A stretch of 64,000 nucleotides of DNA from Gemmatimonadaceae bacterium (GTDB lineage: Bacteria; Gemmatimonadota; Gemmatimonadetes; Gemmatimonadales; Gemmatimonadaceae). The stretch lies in contig JBJMOW010000002.1 of assembly GCA_045803545.1 (NCBI GenBank), positions 192,001-256,000 of the forward strand, read 5' to 3'. Of the stretch, positions 35,727-44,774 are shown piece by piece. Within the stretch, counting starts at the first letter, position 1. Each line of letters starts with the position of its first letter. The notes beneath the pieces were generated by a model that saw only the letters and a list, made by a program, of their open reading frames with translations, did no database searches and was not told where the DNA came from. Made by a program: the position numbers and the translations under genes.

Positions 35727-37976
35727 ATGAAAAGAATCGTCAGACTCACTCTGCTCGCGCTCGTGGTCTGGGCACCAACCGTTGTCTACGCGCAGGAAAA
35801 GCAGCGCTTTTCCAGCATCGATGAGGCTCTCCAGGCAGGCGGGATCCTGTCTGGGCGGCAGGGACCACGCGATGTGAATTGGATTGAAGGCGGACGTCGA
35901 TTCTCATATACGGATCGCGATCCAGCGACGAACGCGCCGGTGATTCGCGCTTACGATCCGCCAACCGGTCAGTCGACGCTTCTGTTCACAACTGCTGGCG
36001 TCACGGTTCCCGGCACCAGTCAGCCTTTCACCTACGATTCGTTTCAGTGGGCGCAGGACTCCAAGCACCTTGTCTTCCAGACGAATTTCCAGCCGATCTA
36101 CCGGCGCTCGGGCATCTCCGATTTCTACATCTACTCGCTTGCTGATCGGTCGCTCAAGCTGGCGACGCGCGGTGCGCGGACGGCGGAGTTATCGCCGGAC
36201 GGTGCGCTCCTTGGCTTCGAGCGCGGCGGTGACATGTACGTCACCAACCTGTCGACACAACAAGAGAAGCGTTTGACGCGCGATTCGTCCGCTCATGTAT
36301 TCAACGGTCACTTCGACTGGGTGTACGAAGAAGAATTCGGATTGGCGCAGGCGTGGAAGTGGTCGCCCGACAGCCGTTACATCGCGTACTGGCAGCTCGA
36401 CGATTCCGCTGAGCCGATAATTCAGATCTCGGATTACTCGGGCGCGCATCAGGATTGGGAGCGAATACCGATTCCGCAGGTCGGCGATTCAAACGCCAAA
36501 GTACGCATCGGCATCGTCAACGTTGCATCCGGTCAGAACGTGTGGCTCGATCCGGCGCAGCAGGGAGAGTATTACATCCCGCGCATTTACTGGACTAGCA
36601 GGCCGGACACGCTGGCCGTCATCACGTTGAACCGCGCTCAGAACCTGATGACGCTGTATTTCTTCGATGCGAGAACCGGCGGTCGGCGCGAAGTCATAAG
36701 CGAAAGCTCAAAAACGTGGATCGATGTCTACGACTTCTACGCCGGCGTCGACGACATGATGACGTTCCCCGCTGACTCGCACGAGTTTTTCTGGCTATCG
36801 GATCGGGACGGTTATCAGCACCTGTACCGGTACGACTACGCCGGCAAACTCGTGAATCAGGTGACGAGCGGACCCTGGATGGTTGCGCGCGTTGAAGGCA
36901 GCGACGCAAAGAATCAGACGCTCTATTACACGTCTACCGAAGCGAGTCCGCTGCAGCGGCAGCTTTACTCAATCCACTTCGACGGAAGCGGCAAACGCCG
37001 CATCACGACCACCGAAGGCACCCATCGCATCAACATGGCGCCGACGGCGACGTACTTCATCGATCGGTACTCTTCCCTGACCCAGCCGCTGCAGGTCGAG
37101 ATGTGGGCGCCAGACCGGAAGCTGCGCACCATGGAAGACAACGCGGCAACGACGAAGTGGCTGCAGACTCACGCCTATTCGCCGGCGCAGATCTTCTCGT
37201 TCACTACATCGGACGGAGCCAAGATCGATGGCAGCATCATCAAGCCGATTCCATTAGATGCGAATCGCCGCTACCCGGTCATCTTCGATATCTACGGCGG
37301 CCCTGGATCGCAGCAGGTGTACGATCGTTTTGCGACGGGCGGCTGGGATCAGTGGCTGGCGCAACAGGGCTACGTCGTAATTGGCCTCAACAATCGCGGC
37401 ACCAACAATTACGGCAGCGCGTTCATGAAAGTGGTTTACAAGGAGCTCGGCAAATACGAGGCGCTGGATTTCGCCGAAGCGGCGCGGTACCTGGGTCGAC
37501 AGAGCTACGTAGACTCCAAGCGGGTTGCAATTATTGGCACGAGCTACGGCGGCTACTCGACGGTCTACACTATGGAGATGTATCCTGAGCTCTTCCCGGT
37601 TGGTGTGGCCAATTCTGCTGTCGGTGACTGGCGGCTGTACGATACCATATACACCGAGCGCTACATGGGATTGTTGCAGGACAATCAAAAGGGTTATGTC
37701 GAGAGTGCGCCGATCGAACAGGCAGCAAAGATGCGCGGCAACCTGCTGCTGATTCACTCGATGATGGACGACAATGTGCATCCGCAGAACACGATGCAGC
37801 TGCTGACCGCGCTGGCAAACGCTGGCCGCGACGCCGAGCTCCGCATCTATCCACCGGGACACCACGGCGCGGCCTACAACCTCGAGAGCTATCGCCTGAT
37901 CCAGAAGGTGACCGATGGTTACCTTGCTCGGTATCTCAAAGCGCCCAATCCGCCGAGCCTCGCTCCAGCGAAATGA
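35727..37976 (+). CDS. S9 family peptidase (dipeptidyl peptidase IV-like)
   Basis: Signal peptide; DWVYEEE, GTSYGG, DDNVH and C-terminal catalytic His. Confidence 0.93.
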   Translation: MKRIVRLTLLALVVWAPTVVYAQEKQRFSSIDEALQAGGILSGRQGPRDVNWIEGGRRFSYTDRDPATNAPVIRAYDPPTGQSTLLFTTAGVTVPGTSQPFTYDSFQWAQDSKHLVFQTNFQPIYRRSGISDFYIYSLADRSLKLATRGARTAELSPDGALLGFERGGDMYVTNLSTQQEKRLTRDSSAHVFNGHFDWVYEEEFGLAQAWKWSPDSRYIAYWQLDDSAEPIIQISDYSGAHQDWERIPIPQVGDSNAKVRIGIVNVASGQNVWLDPAQQGEYYIPRIYWTSRPDTLAVITLNRAQNLMTLYFFDARTGGRREVISESSKTWIDVYDFYAGVDDMMTFPADSHEFFWLSDRDGYQHLYRYDYAGKLVNQVTSGPWMVARVEGSDAKNQTLYYTSTEASPLQRQLYSIHFDGSGKRRITTTEGTHRINMAPTATYFIDRYSSLTQPLQVEMWAPDRKLRTMEDNAATTKWLQTHAYSPAQIFSFTTSDGAKIDGSIIKPIPLDANRRYPVIFDIYGGPGSQQVYDRFATGGWDQWLAQQGYVVIGLNNRGTNNYGSAFMKVVYKELGKYEALDFAEAARYLGRQSYVDSKRVAIIGTSYGGYSTVYTMEMYPELFPVGVANSAVGDWRLYDTIYTERYMGLLQDNQKGYVESAPIEQAAKMRGNLLLIHSMMDDNVHPQNTMQLLTALANAGRDAELRIYPPGHHGAAYNLESYRLIQKVTDGYLARYLKAPNPPSLAPAK

Positions 37977-37985
37977 CGGGCAGGT

Positions 37986-38027
37986 AAAAAGAAAACGCCG
38001 CGAGGCTTTGCGCGGCGTTTTCTTTTT
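37986..38027. terminator. Bidirectional intrinsic terminator
   Basis: AAAAAGAAAACGCCGCG-AGGCTTTG-CGCGGCGTTTTCTTTTT between convergent genes. Confidence 0.9.
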
Positions 38028-38042
38028 CGACTCAGCTCTTAA

Positions 38043-38420
38043 TTACTTGCGAGCGTCTTTACGGGTGTCGCGAACGTCCTGACGTCTGTCGCGCTTGTCC
38101 TGACGTAAGTCCTTGCGATCCGATTTCAGCTCCTTGGCATCCTGCTTCGCCTCCTGCTTGTCGCCGGCCTTGATATCCTTGGCGACTTCACGGCGATCGG
38201 CACGGACTTCCTTACGATCGGTGCGGACTTCCTTGGTGTCCGCGCGCACTTCCTTGCAATCAGCCGTTGCAGTCGGATGACTCTTGCACCACGCAATCAG
38301 TCTCGTTCTGGTCATGTGGGGCGGCGCTTTCGTGGTCGCCTGCACTGATTGCGCAGACGCGTTCGATGCGACAGCCAGGACGAGTGCGGCTGACAATGCC
38401 GCGAGCTTCGCTTTCAGCAT
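38043..38420 (-). CDS. Secreted protein with charged heptad repeats
   Basis: Signal peptide ending ASA, a Cys pair, and DRKEVRA-type repeats; SD AAGGAG. Confidence 0.75.
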   Translation of the reverse strand: MLKAKLAALSAALVLAVASNASAQSVQATTKAPPHMTRTRLIAWCKSHPTATADCKEVRADTKEVRTDRKEVRADRREVAKDIKAGDKQEAKQDAKELKSDRKDLRQDKRDRRQDVRDTRKDARK

Positions 38421-38563
38421 CTCTTTCTCCTTCCCATATCCGGGGATTTATGTGCGGTGTCGTCGTTCCACACCGTTCAGGGAGAGAGACGCTCGACCCG
38501 ACCGGATGTTAACGGTCGGGTCGAGAGGCGAATGCTCCGGCGTCCTTTCGGTTTGCTAAAAGG

Positions 38564-39262
38564 TCACACGTGGATGTAGCTGCAGCCGTGTTTCTGAGCC
38601 TGATCGATTGCGACCACCATCGCCGGCACTAGGTAAACACCGGGCAGCATGTTGGCGTCGAATTCCTTGCGCAACGCGGCGGCCTTTGTCGCATCGCCAC
38701 CAGCCAGGATCGACATCCAGACGCCGTATGCGTTGTTGCAAAGAATGAAAACGGCGCCGCGTTGCTGAAGCTCGGAGATCGATGCATCCGCGGGCACCGG
38801 AATCGGCGTGCCGCTAATCGAAAGCGAGTTAGAGCCGCCAGGCGCCTTGTAGAACACGTTGCCCGTCGCCGGTGCGTTGGACATGTCGTTCACTTTGCTC
38901 GCCGCGCCAAGTGAGTACTTCTTCCACATGTCGTCATTGAAGGCGAGCATAGTTCCCATTCCGTAAATCGTGACGACGGCGGTGGCGTCCGGGTGGGTGA
39001 CATGGTACGTGTCGCGAAGCGTGTTGAGATAATTGCGAACGTGCAGCAGCCCCCATCCGTTCTCATGATTGGGAAGATCGAAAATCTGGCGATGCTTTCC
39101 GGTCACCGCCGACAACCATTTGTCACTCGGCTCAGTGTCGCGGGTGGATTTCAGATCGCTGCCGAACGCCTTCGTTACAGAACCGCTCACTCCAAGCGCG
39201 ACTGCGCCGGCAGCGAGCTTGCCAAGGAACTTTCTGCGCTCGGGAAGTGACGCTTCAGTCAT
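38564..39262 (-). CDS. Tat-exported protein, DsrE-like fold probable
   Basis: Twin-arginine signal ERRKFL; ELQQRGAVFILCNNA...LPGVYLVPAMVVAI..AQ..G.SYI. Confidence 0.75.
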   Translation of the reverse strand: MTEASLPERRKFLGKLAAGAVALGVSGSVTKAFGSDLKSTRDTEPSDKWLSAVTGKHRQIFDLPNHENGWGLLHVRNYLNTLRDTYHVTHPDATAVVTIYGMGTMLAFNDDMWKKYSLGAASKVNDMSNAPATGNVFYKAPGGSNSLSISGTPIPVPADASISELQQRGAVFILCNNAYGVWMSILAGGDATKAAALRKEFDANMLPGVYLVPAMVVAIDQAQKHGCSYIHV

Positions 39263-40179
39263 TTGCGGCTCTCCTGTTGGGTGGGTATGACGTGATAGTC
39301 AGCATCGGGTGGCTTACCGCCGCGCGGCCAGTCATGAACTTTCCTGGGAAAGTCGGGACGTGGGCGCGTATTGATATAGGTTGCGACGTCGAATGCTTGC
39401 TGCGGTGTAAGCTGCTGGGCGCGATCGAGCGGCATTAAGCCATGAATGAACGACGCGGCGGTGTTTATGCGCGCCATTCCGGCGCCGACATTATAGCTGC
39501 GTGGTCCCCAAAGCGGAGGCGCAAGCGAAGTACCGTGCCCCTCGGGCCCATGACATCGCGCGCACGTTGAAGCGAACACGTGTGTTCCGCGAGTAACATC
39601 ACCCTTCATCGGCGCCAGTTTGGGCAGTCCCTGGCCTTCCATCTCTGAACCGACCGGAATGCCGCTGGAGAGAAAAGCGAAATACGCGACTACGTCGCGC
39701 ATGTCACGGCCGGATGGATCGAGGCGTTTTCCGTTCATGCTGCGCTCGAGACAGTCGTTGATCCGGTCTTCGATCAGATCGACCTTCCCGCTGCGGGGGC
39801 GATACTGCGGAAATCGCGCGTAAGAGCCGACCCAAGGCATTGCATTCGCTCGCAACCCGCCGTCGATGTGACAGCTCGCGCAGCGCAGATCATTTCCCAC
39901 GTTGCGTGGCAGACTGTCACGCGTGGCAAGCAGAATCGCCCGGCCGCGCATCGCCGACGCGCGATAGCCGCTATCCGTGAACGCAGCTTGGGACGGAATG
40001 CGAAACGGCACTCGCCGTTTGGACGATTGCGTGCCGGCCGCTTGGGAGGTCGCGGCAACAGGTGCCGCGAGAACCAACAATGTTGCGCCTACAGTTGGAA
40101 CTGCAAAACGCAGCCGAGGGAGCAGTAGTTCCTCCGCGTGGGCGCGCGCGGAATGGACGAAATCCGCGTCGCGGGACAA
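39259..40179 (-). CDS. tsdA: Diheme c-type cytochrome, thiosulfate dehydrogenase TsdA family
   Basis: Heme motifs CASCH and CARCH, RINDCLERSMNG (catalytic Cys ligand) and PPLWG.RSYN.GAGMAR...MP. Start position uncertain. Confidence 0.8.
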   Translation of the reverse strand: MSRDADFVHSARAHAEELLLPRLRFAVPTVGATLLVLAAPVAATSQAAGTQSSKRRVPFRIPSQAAFTDSGYRASAMRGRAILLATRDSLPRNVGNDLRCASCHIDGGLRANAMPWVGSYARFPQYRPRSGKVDLIEDRINDCLERSMNGKRLDPSGRDMRDVVAYFAFLSSGIPVGSEMEGQGLPKLAPMKGDVTRGTHVFASTCARCHGPEGHGTSLAPPLWGPRSYNVGAGMARINTAASFIHGLMPLDRAQQLTPQQAFDVATYINTRPRPDFPRKVHDWPRGGKPPDADYHVIPTQQESRK

Positions 40180-40243
40180 TCGGATTTATCGGCTGGCCCG
40201 GACCGGCGCAAGAGAACTCCTCGCGCCGGCCGTTTTATGGCGT

Positions 40244-40651
40244 CTAGTCCGCTCTCATCGGCGCGTCCACAGGTCCATCAACTGTGCCGAACGAACGTGA
40301 CGACGGACTTCCGCGAACTGAAGTGACGACCTGGCTAACGGCACTGTCGACGCGCGCGTGGAATGCCTCCGTGACGCCGGCTATCAAAGCGGCGACAACG
40401 CCATCCAGCGCCGAACCCAGTTTGCTGCCAGTTTTCTGTGTCGCGTCCGCGGTGACCTTTGCTGCCTGAACATCCGCTTTGGTCGCACTGAGCGCGACAC
40501 CGGCGCCAAAAGCGACGCCGACTGCGATCCACGGATGCTCGGAAATCTTTTGAGTGACGTCAATCTTTCGCTCGAGCTCGCTGATCGCGTTCGACATTCG
40601 CGTGCGCGTTTGCTCGATCTCAGCGCGGACCTCGGTAGTTGTCTCAGCCAT
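40244..40651 (-). CDS. DUF3618 domain protein
   Basis: EVRAEIEQTR.RM..AISELE.K followed by a hydrophobic HPWIAVGVAFGAG segment. Confidence 0.75.
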   Translation of the reverse strand: MAETTTEVRAEIEQTRTRMSNAISELERKIDVTQKISEHPWIAVGVAFGAGVALSATKADVQAAKVTADATQKTGSKLGSALDGVVAALIAGVTEAFHARVDSAVSQVVTSVRGSPSSRSFGTVDGPVDAPMRAD

Positions 40652-41063
40652 CCTGATGTCTCCGTAACGTTGCCAGAGTCTGTTCCGGTTTGATGTTCCT
40701 CGGCGACAGCAGTGCAGTTCCGCGCTTCAGCAGGTAGAACGCAACGGCGCCGAGTACCACGGTCAGCACGAACGCCGCAATCCAGTAGTGCCCGCGGAAT
40801 AGTGCGTCACCAAGCAGAAGGACAAATCCGAAAACCAGCATCTGCGCGGTCAGCAGCCCCAGCATTGCGGCGGCAACCGTGAAGCCGGTGCCCTTGCCGA
40901 TGTCGCGCGCAATCTGCGCGAACTCGATGCGAGCCAGCTGCACTTCCTGGCGGGCGAGATGAACCCCGTCTTCAGCGACGTCACGGAGCAACTGGGCCAC
41001 GCCTCGATTTGTCGTCGGCAGCTGCGTCGTTTGACGAGTGTCCGATCCCTCAAGGAGCTTCAT
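40644..41063 (-). CDS. YqjE/DUF1469 (phage holin 3_6-like) membrane protein
   Basis: L.RQEV.LARIE, two TM helices and a P..TL.TL tail. Confidence 0.8.
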   Translation of the reverse strand: MKLLEGSDTRQTTQLPTTNRGVAQLLRDVAEDGVHLARQEVQLARIEFAQIARDIGKGTGFTVAAAMLGLLTAQMLVFGFVLLLGDALFRGHYWIAAFVLTVVLGAVAFYLLKRGTALLSPRNIKPEQTLATLRRHQDG

Positions 41064-41064
41064 A

Positions 41065-41478
41065 CTACCGCCGTAGCGCTTTGCCGATCAAATAGCCGGC
41101 GCCGAGTGCGATCAGTATCGAGCGAGCCGGATGCTCTTTGACTTGCTTTTCCACGCCGGTTTTGAGCTGGTCAAAATCCGCTTCGCGCAGCCACTCAGCG
41201 CTCGACTGCATGCCGCTCGCGAGAGTATCAGTCACGGCAGCGATGCTGGAATCGTTTTGAACTGCGACCGAGCTGCCGTCGCCAGTAGCCGCGGCCGGCT
41301 GGCGCTGCTTGAGCGCTTTGGCTCCCGCTTCGAGCCCGTCTGCGATCATCGATGGGAGTCCAGCTGCCTTGTCCTTCACGGACGATCCGACGCTCTTCAG
41401 TCGACCGGTGATACCGCTGCCTGTCTCGTCCGCGGTGCTCGTCGTCTGGTCGAAGCCAGTGCCTTCACTTCTTTCCAT
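41065..41478 (-). CDS. DUF883/ElaB/YqjD-like tail-anchored protein
   Basis: C-terminus VKEHP.RSILIALGAGYLIGK; ATG 41478 after GGAGG. Confidence 0.75.
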   Translation of the reverse strand: MERSEGTGFDQTTSTADETGSGITGRLKSVGSSVKDKAAGLPSMIADGLEAGAKALKQRQPAAATGDGSSVAVQNDSSIAAVTDTLASGMQSSAEWLREADFDQLKTGVEKQVKEHPARSILIALGAGYLIGKALRR

Positions 41479-41536
41479 ATATACCGCCTCCCAACAGTTG
41501 TTGAGCCGCATGACAGCGGCGACGGGCGATTACATA

Positions 41537-41552
41537 TGCAGGAGGCGCGCCT
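41537..41552 (-). promoter_or_regulatory. sigma54-type -24/-12 promoter
   Basis: AGGCGC-GCCTC-CTGCA, about 58 nt before the ATG at 41478. Confidence 0.45.
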
Positions 41553-42492
41553 ACACCGCACGGGCCGCTAGCTGAGCGATTGCGATGAGATCACTCGCTC
41601 GGCGCCGCGATGCTTTTTGAGTCTGTTCGGTCGTGACAAGCTCAAAGCGTATGGTCTCACCGGGCCGCCGCTGAGCGACGATCGGCAAGTCGGCTTCGGA
41701 GACGACGGCGATCTTTGGATAACCACCAACGGTCGGCCCATCAGCCATCAGGATGATTGGATGGCCATCCCCCGGAACCTGAATCGAACCCGGACACGCA
41801 GCCTCGGATGGCAGCGAACCCGGCGAAGGGCCTATAGACGGACCGTCCAGCTTATAGCCCGTGCGGTCAGACGCGCTGGAGACCCGATGGCTGCTCTCAC
41901 CGAGCACGTGAAAAGTGTCGTCGGCGAAGATCTCTGCCTGCGGTCCGGGCGTTATGTGCACTGTCTGGTTCTCATAGCGCGGCATCAACTCGGCGGCGCA
42001 ATGAAAACCTTCGCGAGGTGAAGGACCAGCGTTACCGAGCGCGAGCTGGTCGCCCGTCTTCACAAGGCGCCCATGCAATCCCCCGAAATGGCCAGGAAGA
42101 TAGGTGGATCGGCTACCGAGCACCGGCGGGACATCGATACCACCCGAGACGGCCAGATAGAGGAATCTGCCGCCGAGGAACTGCTCCACAACGAGCTGCT
42201 CCCCCGGTGCAGCGCGCATCGTGGTGCACGGAGGAACAGGTCTTCCGGCGATAGTTGCGCGCACTGAGGCGCCAACCAGTGCGAAGCTGGCAGTAGATGC
42301 GAAAGTCAAAACACCACCGGCCAGCGCCCATTCCAGTGCCGCGGAGTTGGAGCCGTTTCCGACCATGATGTTCGCTGCCCGAAGTGCAAACAGGTCCATT
42401 GCTCCACCGCGAGGAACGCCATCAGCACGAAACCCGATGCGGCCGGTGTCCTGGACTGCGAGATACGGAGGAGCCCTGGTTACCGTTATCAA
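41551..42492 (-). CDS. pxpC: 5-oxoprolinase subunit C
   Basis: VQDTGR, GSRSTY, SDRTGY and D.PTVGGYPKI motifs. Confidence 0.9.
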   Translation of the reverse strand: MITVTRAPPYLAVQDTGRIGFRADGVPRGGAMDLFALRAANIMVGNGSNSAALEWALAGGVLTFASTASFALVGASVRATIAGRPVPPCTTMRAAPGEQLVVEQFLGGRFLYLAVSGGIDVPPVLGSRSTYLPGHFGGLHGRLVKTGDQLALGNAGPSPREGFHCAAELMPRYENQTVHITPGPQAEIFADDTFHVLGESSHRVSSASDRTGYKLDGPSIGPSPGSLPSEAACPGSIQVPGDGHPIILMADGPTVGGYPKIAVVSEADLPIVAQRRPGETIRFELVTTEQTQKASRRRASDLIAIAQLAARAV

Positions 42493-43136
42493 CCGGCGCG
42501 CTCGAATTTCACGGTGTCACCCGCTCTGAGCAGTGTCGGGGGGTCCCGCCTGGCGTCGAACATTGACGTCTCAGTGTGCCCGAGAATGTGCCAACCTCCA
42601 GGCGTGTCGAGCGGGTATACGCCGGTTTGAGTCGCCGCGATCGCCACACTGCCCGCAACAACGCGCGGCCGCGGCTGCTCACGTCTTGGGATCTGCAGAC
42701 GCGCGTCGAGCTCGCTCAGATAAGCCCAGCCCGGCACGAAACCCAACAAATCGACGGTGTAGGTTTTTGCCGAATGTAGTCCTACCACATCCTCGACATT
42801 CAAACCGAGGGCAGTCGCGACGCTCTCGAGATCGATGCCGTTGTAGTAGACGGGGATCTCATGGTGGCGCGGCTTGTCACTTCCTGCAACGTGGCTGTCG
42901 GCCGAGAGAATTCGGAGGATTTGTTCGGAGATCTCGCCGTACGAACGTTTGAGCGGATCATAAAACACGCTCACCGCTAGATACGCCGGAACGACATCTT
43001 CAACCCATTCGACGTGTTCCGATCGGATCTGTGCCGCCGCTGCGTGCACCTTTCGCAGCAGCTCCGGTGACCGCTCTCTGCCCAGCTCGATGGTGATTGC
43101 GCATTCGCCGAGCGGAAGAACGCGCGGCGTGTACAT
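42489..43136 (-). CDS. pxpB: 5-oxoprolinase subunit B
   Basis: VVPAY, GFVPGWAYL and GSVAIA..QTGVYP..TPGGW motifs. The ATG at 43136 overlaps the pxpA stop. Confidence 0.92.
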   Translation of the reverse strand: MYTPRVLPLGECAITIELGRERSPELLRKVHAAAAQIRSEHVEWVEDVVPAYLAVSVFYDPLKRSYGEISEQILRILSADSHVAGSDKPRHHEIPVYYNGIDLESVATALGLNVEDVVGLHSAKTYTVDLLGFVPGWAYLSELDARLQIPRREQPRPRVVAGSVAIAATQTGVYPLDTPGGWHILGHTETSMFDARRDPPTLLRAGDTVKFERAG

Positions 43137-43963
43137 CAGGCAGCGAATGAGGTGATGCGAGCGCCGCTTTCCTCGAGTCGCCTGCGCACGGCACGCAGAA
43201 TCTTGAGCGAATCTGGATTGTCGCCGTGTACACAAAGCGAGTCGGCGAAGATCCGGATCTCGCTCCCGTCGCGGGCCCGTACGGTGTCGGTTGTGAAAAG
43301 GTTCACGGCGCGGACGATCGCAACGTTGACGTCGTGTATTACGGCATCCGGCTCGCTCCGTTTCACGAGCGTTCCGTCAGTATTGTAGGCTCGGTCGACA
43401 AACGCCTCGGCTGCGAATCTCATGTGATGGCGCTCGGCTGCAACTTCCATCCTGCTTTTGGGAAGTCCAAGCAAGGTGAGGCCAGCGTCGACACGCAAGG
43501 TCGCATCGACGATCGCCGCGGCAACTCCTTCGTCCCACGCCGCCCGATTATAGAGTGCACCGTGTGGCTTCACATAAGAGAGCCTTGCCGACTCTGCGCC
43601 GCAGACGTCGACCATCGATCTCAACTGGTATTCGACGTGGTGTTCGATCTGTTTCGGGGGCAGGCCAAGCTCTCGGCGACCGAAGCCCGGGATGTCCGGG
43701 TAGGAAGGGTGCGCGCCAATGGTGACACCTCGCTCCTTAGCAGCTCGGACCGTGTCGTGCATTGTTTGAGCATCGCCCGCGTGAAAGCCGCACGCGATAT
43801 TGGCGGAAGAGACCAGCTCGAGAAGTGCGGTGTCGTGCAATAACCTCGAGCTGCCGAATCCCTCTCCCAGATCGGCGTTCAAGTCGATAGTGGACTGCGT
43901 TGAGGCGGTTGCTATGTCTTCCTGCCCGAGGTTTTCATTGGCTTCGCTTCGACGACCGACCAC
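43136..43963 (-). CDS. pxpA: 5-oxoprolinase subunit A (LamB/YcsF)
   Basis: IDLNADLGE, ANIACGFHAGD, GAHPSYPD..GFGRR, KPHGALYN and CVHGD motifs. Start position uncertain. Confidence 0.92.
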   Translation of the reverse strand: MVGRRSEANENLGQEDIATASTQSTIDLNADLGEGFGSSRLLHDTALLELVSSANIACGFHAGDAQTMHDTVRAAKERGVTIGAHPSYPDIPGFGRRELGLPPKQIEHHVEYQLRSMVDVCGAESARLSYVKPHGALYNRAAWDEGVAAAIVDATLRVDAGLTLLGLPKSRMEVAAERHHMRFAAEAFVDRAYNTDGTLVKRSEPDAVIHDVNVAIVRAVNLFTTDTVRARDGSEIRIFADSLCVHGDNPDSLKILRAVRRRLEESGARITSFAA

Positions 43964-44145
43964 TCTGAATCATCGTCTTCGAATCCGCCGCGCGAAACCT
44001 TCGGCAGCAGCTGTTCGCGAACGACGACAGGCGTCAGCCAGTAGGTAAATCCGTCGTCCGCGCTAACAGGTAGCCACGCAAACGTGGTTCGCACGCGCTC
44101 GTCACCGATCTTGCCCCGTGGGTCTCCCTTGGTTCTCCACTTCAC
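43912..44145 (-). CDS. Small hypothetical protein (77 aa)
   Basis: GTG start after GAGGA; protein-like FAWLPV..DDG.TYWL segment; co-oriented in an operon. Confidence 0.6.
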   Translation of the reverse strand: MKWRTKGDPRGKIGDERVRTTFAWLPVSADDGFTYWLTPVVVREQLLPKVSRGGFEDDDSEWSVVEAKPMKTSGRKT

Positions 44146-44163
44146 GCCGCAATTCCTCGCGTT

Positions 44164-44397
44164 CTAAACGCGGTCCTCGAGACCACGCACCCCTGACTGC
44201 CCGGCGCAGCTCGCGCAGCAATAGAAGGTTCCGTTACTCTCGAGTCCGTGTCCGATGATTTTGCAGCCACAGTGTGCGCACTTTGGAGCCAGCGCGTGGA
44301 TTGCGCACTCGAACGAGTCGAATGTGTGCGCCTTACCTCGCATCGTGACGGTGAACGATTTGTCGTAGTCGTTCCCGCACACTTCACACTGAGCCAT
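44164..44397 (-). CDS. Cys-rich metallothionein-like small protein
   Basis: CEVCGN.YDK.F...FDSFECAIH.LAP.C.HCGC.IIGHG.E...YCCA.CA. Confidence 0.85.
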   Translation of the reverse strand: MAQCEVCGNDYDKSFTVTMRGKAHTFDSFECAIHALAPKCAHCGCKIIGHGLESNGTFYCCASCAGQSGVRGLEDRV

Positions 44398-44459
44398 TGA
44401 CGCTCCCGAAACGTTTTCCGGGGATTCTACGGCGAATCTAATGCCGCCGCGCAGAACGC

Positions 44460-44639
44460 TTACCTGAACACCTTGCGCATTTTGGTGTCCGGATCGCGCG
44501 CAAATCGAAACGTGAACCAGGCAAGATCAGTAACGAGCTCGTCGTAGGTCTGCGGATCGACCTTGTCCGCGACGATGTTCAAGCGGCCCGCGATTTGTCC
44601 TTTCAGATGTTCGATCCATTCTTTCGTGAAATCGGCCAT
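44460..44639 (-). CDS. Unlisted 59-aa hypothetical protein
   Basis: ATG 44639 to TAA 44460: MADFTKEWIEHLKGQIAGRLNIVADKVDPQTYDELVTDLAWFTFRFARDPDTKMRKVFR. Confidence 0.6.
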   Translation of the reverse strand: MADFTKEWIEHLKGQIAGRLNIVADKVDPQTYDELVTDLAWFTFRFARDPDTKMRKVFR

Positions 44640-44774
44640 TTGTTGTATCCGTGGATTCGCCAGCGCGGGAAAGTAAGCCCAACCACACGGGTTTGCGAGC
44701 GGGTTTTGGCTTGGTTTCTGCCTTTGTTTCGGGCCTGCAGCAGCAGCAAGGACGAACTCTCACAGGGGTCTGAA

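Noticed and set aside
40644..41063. Holin-like gene as evidence of a prophage
   Set aside because: Its context is DUF883-YqjE-DUF3618, a cellular stress operon. No phage genes are nearby.
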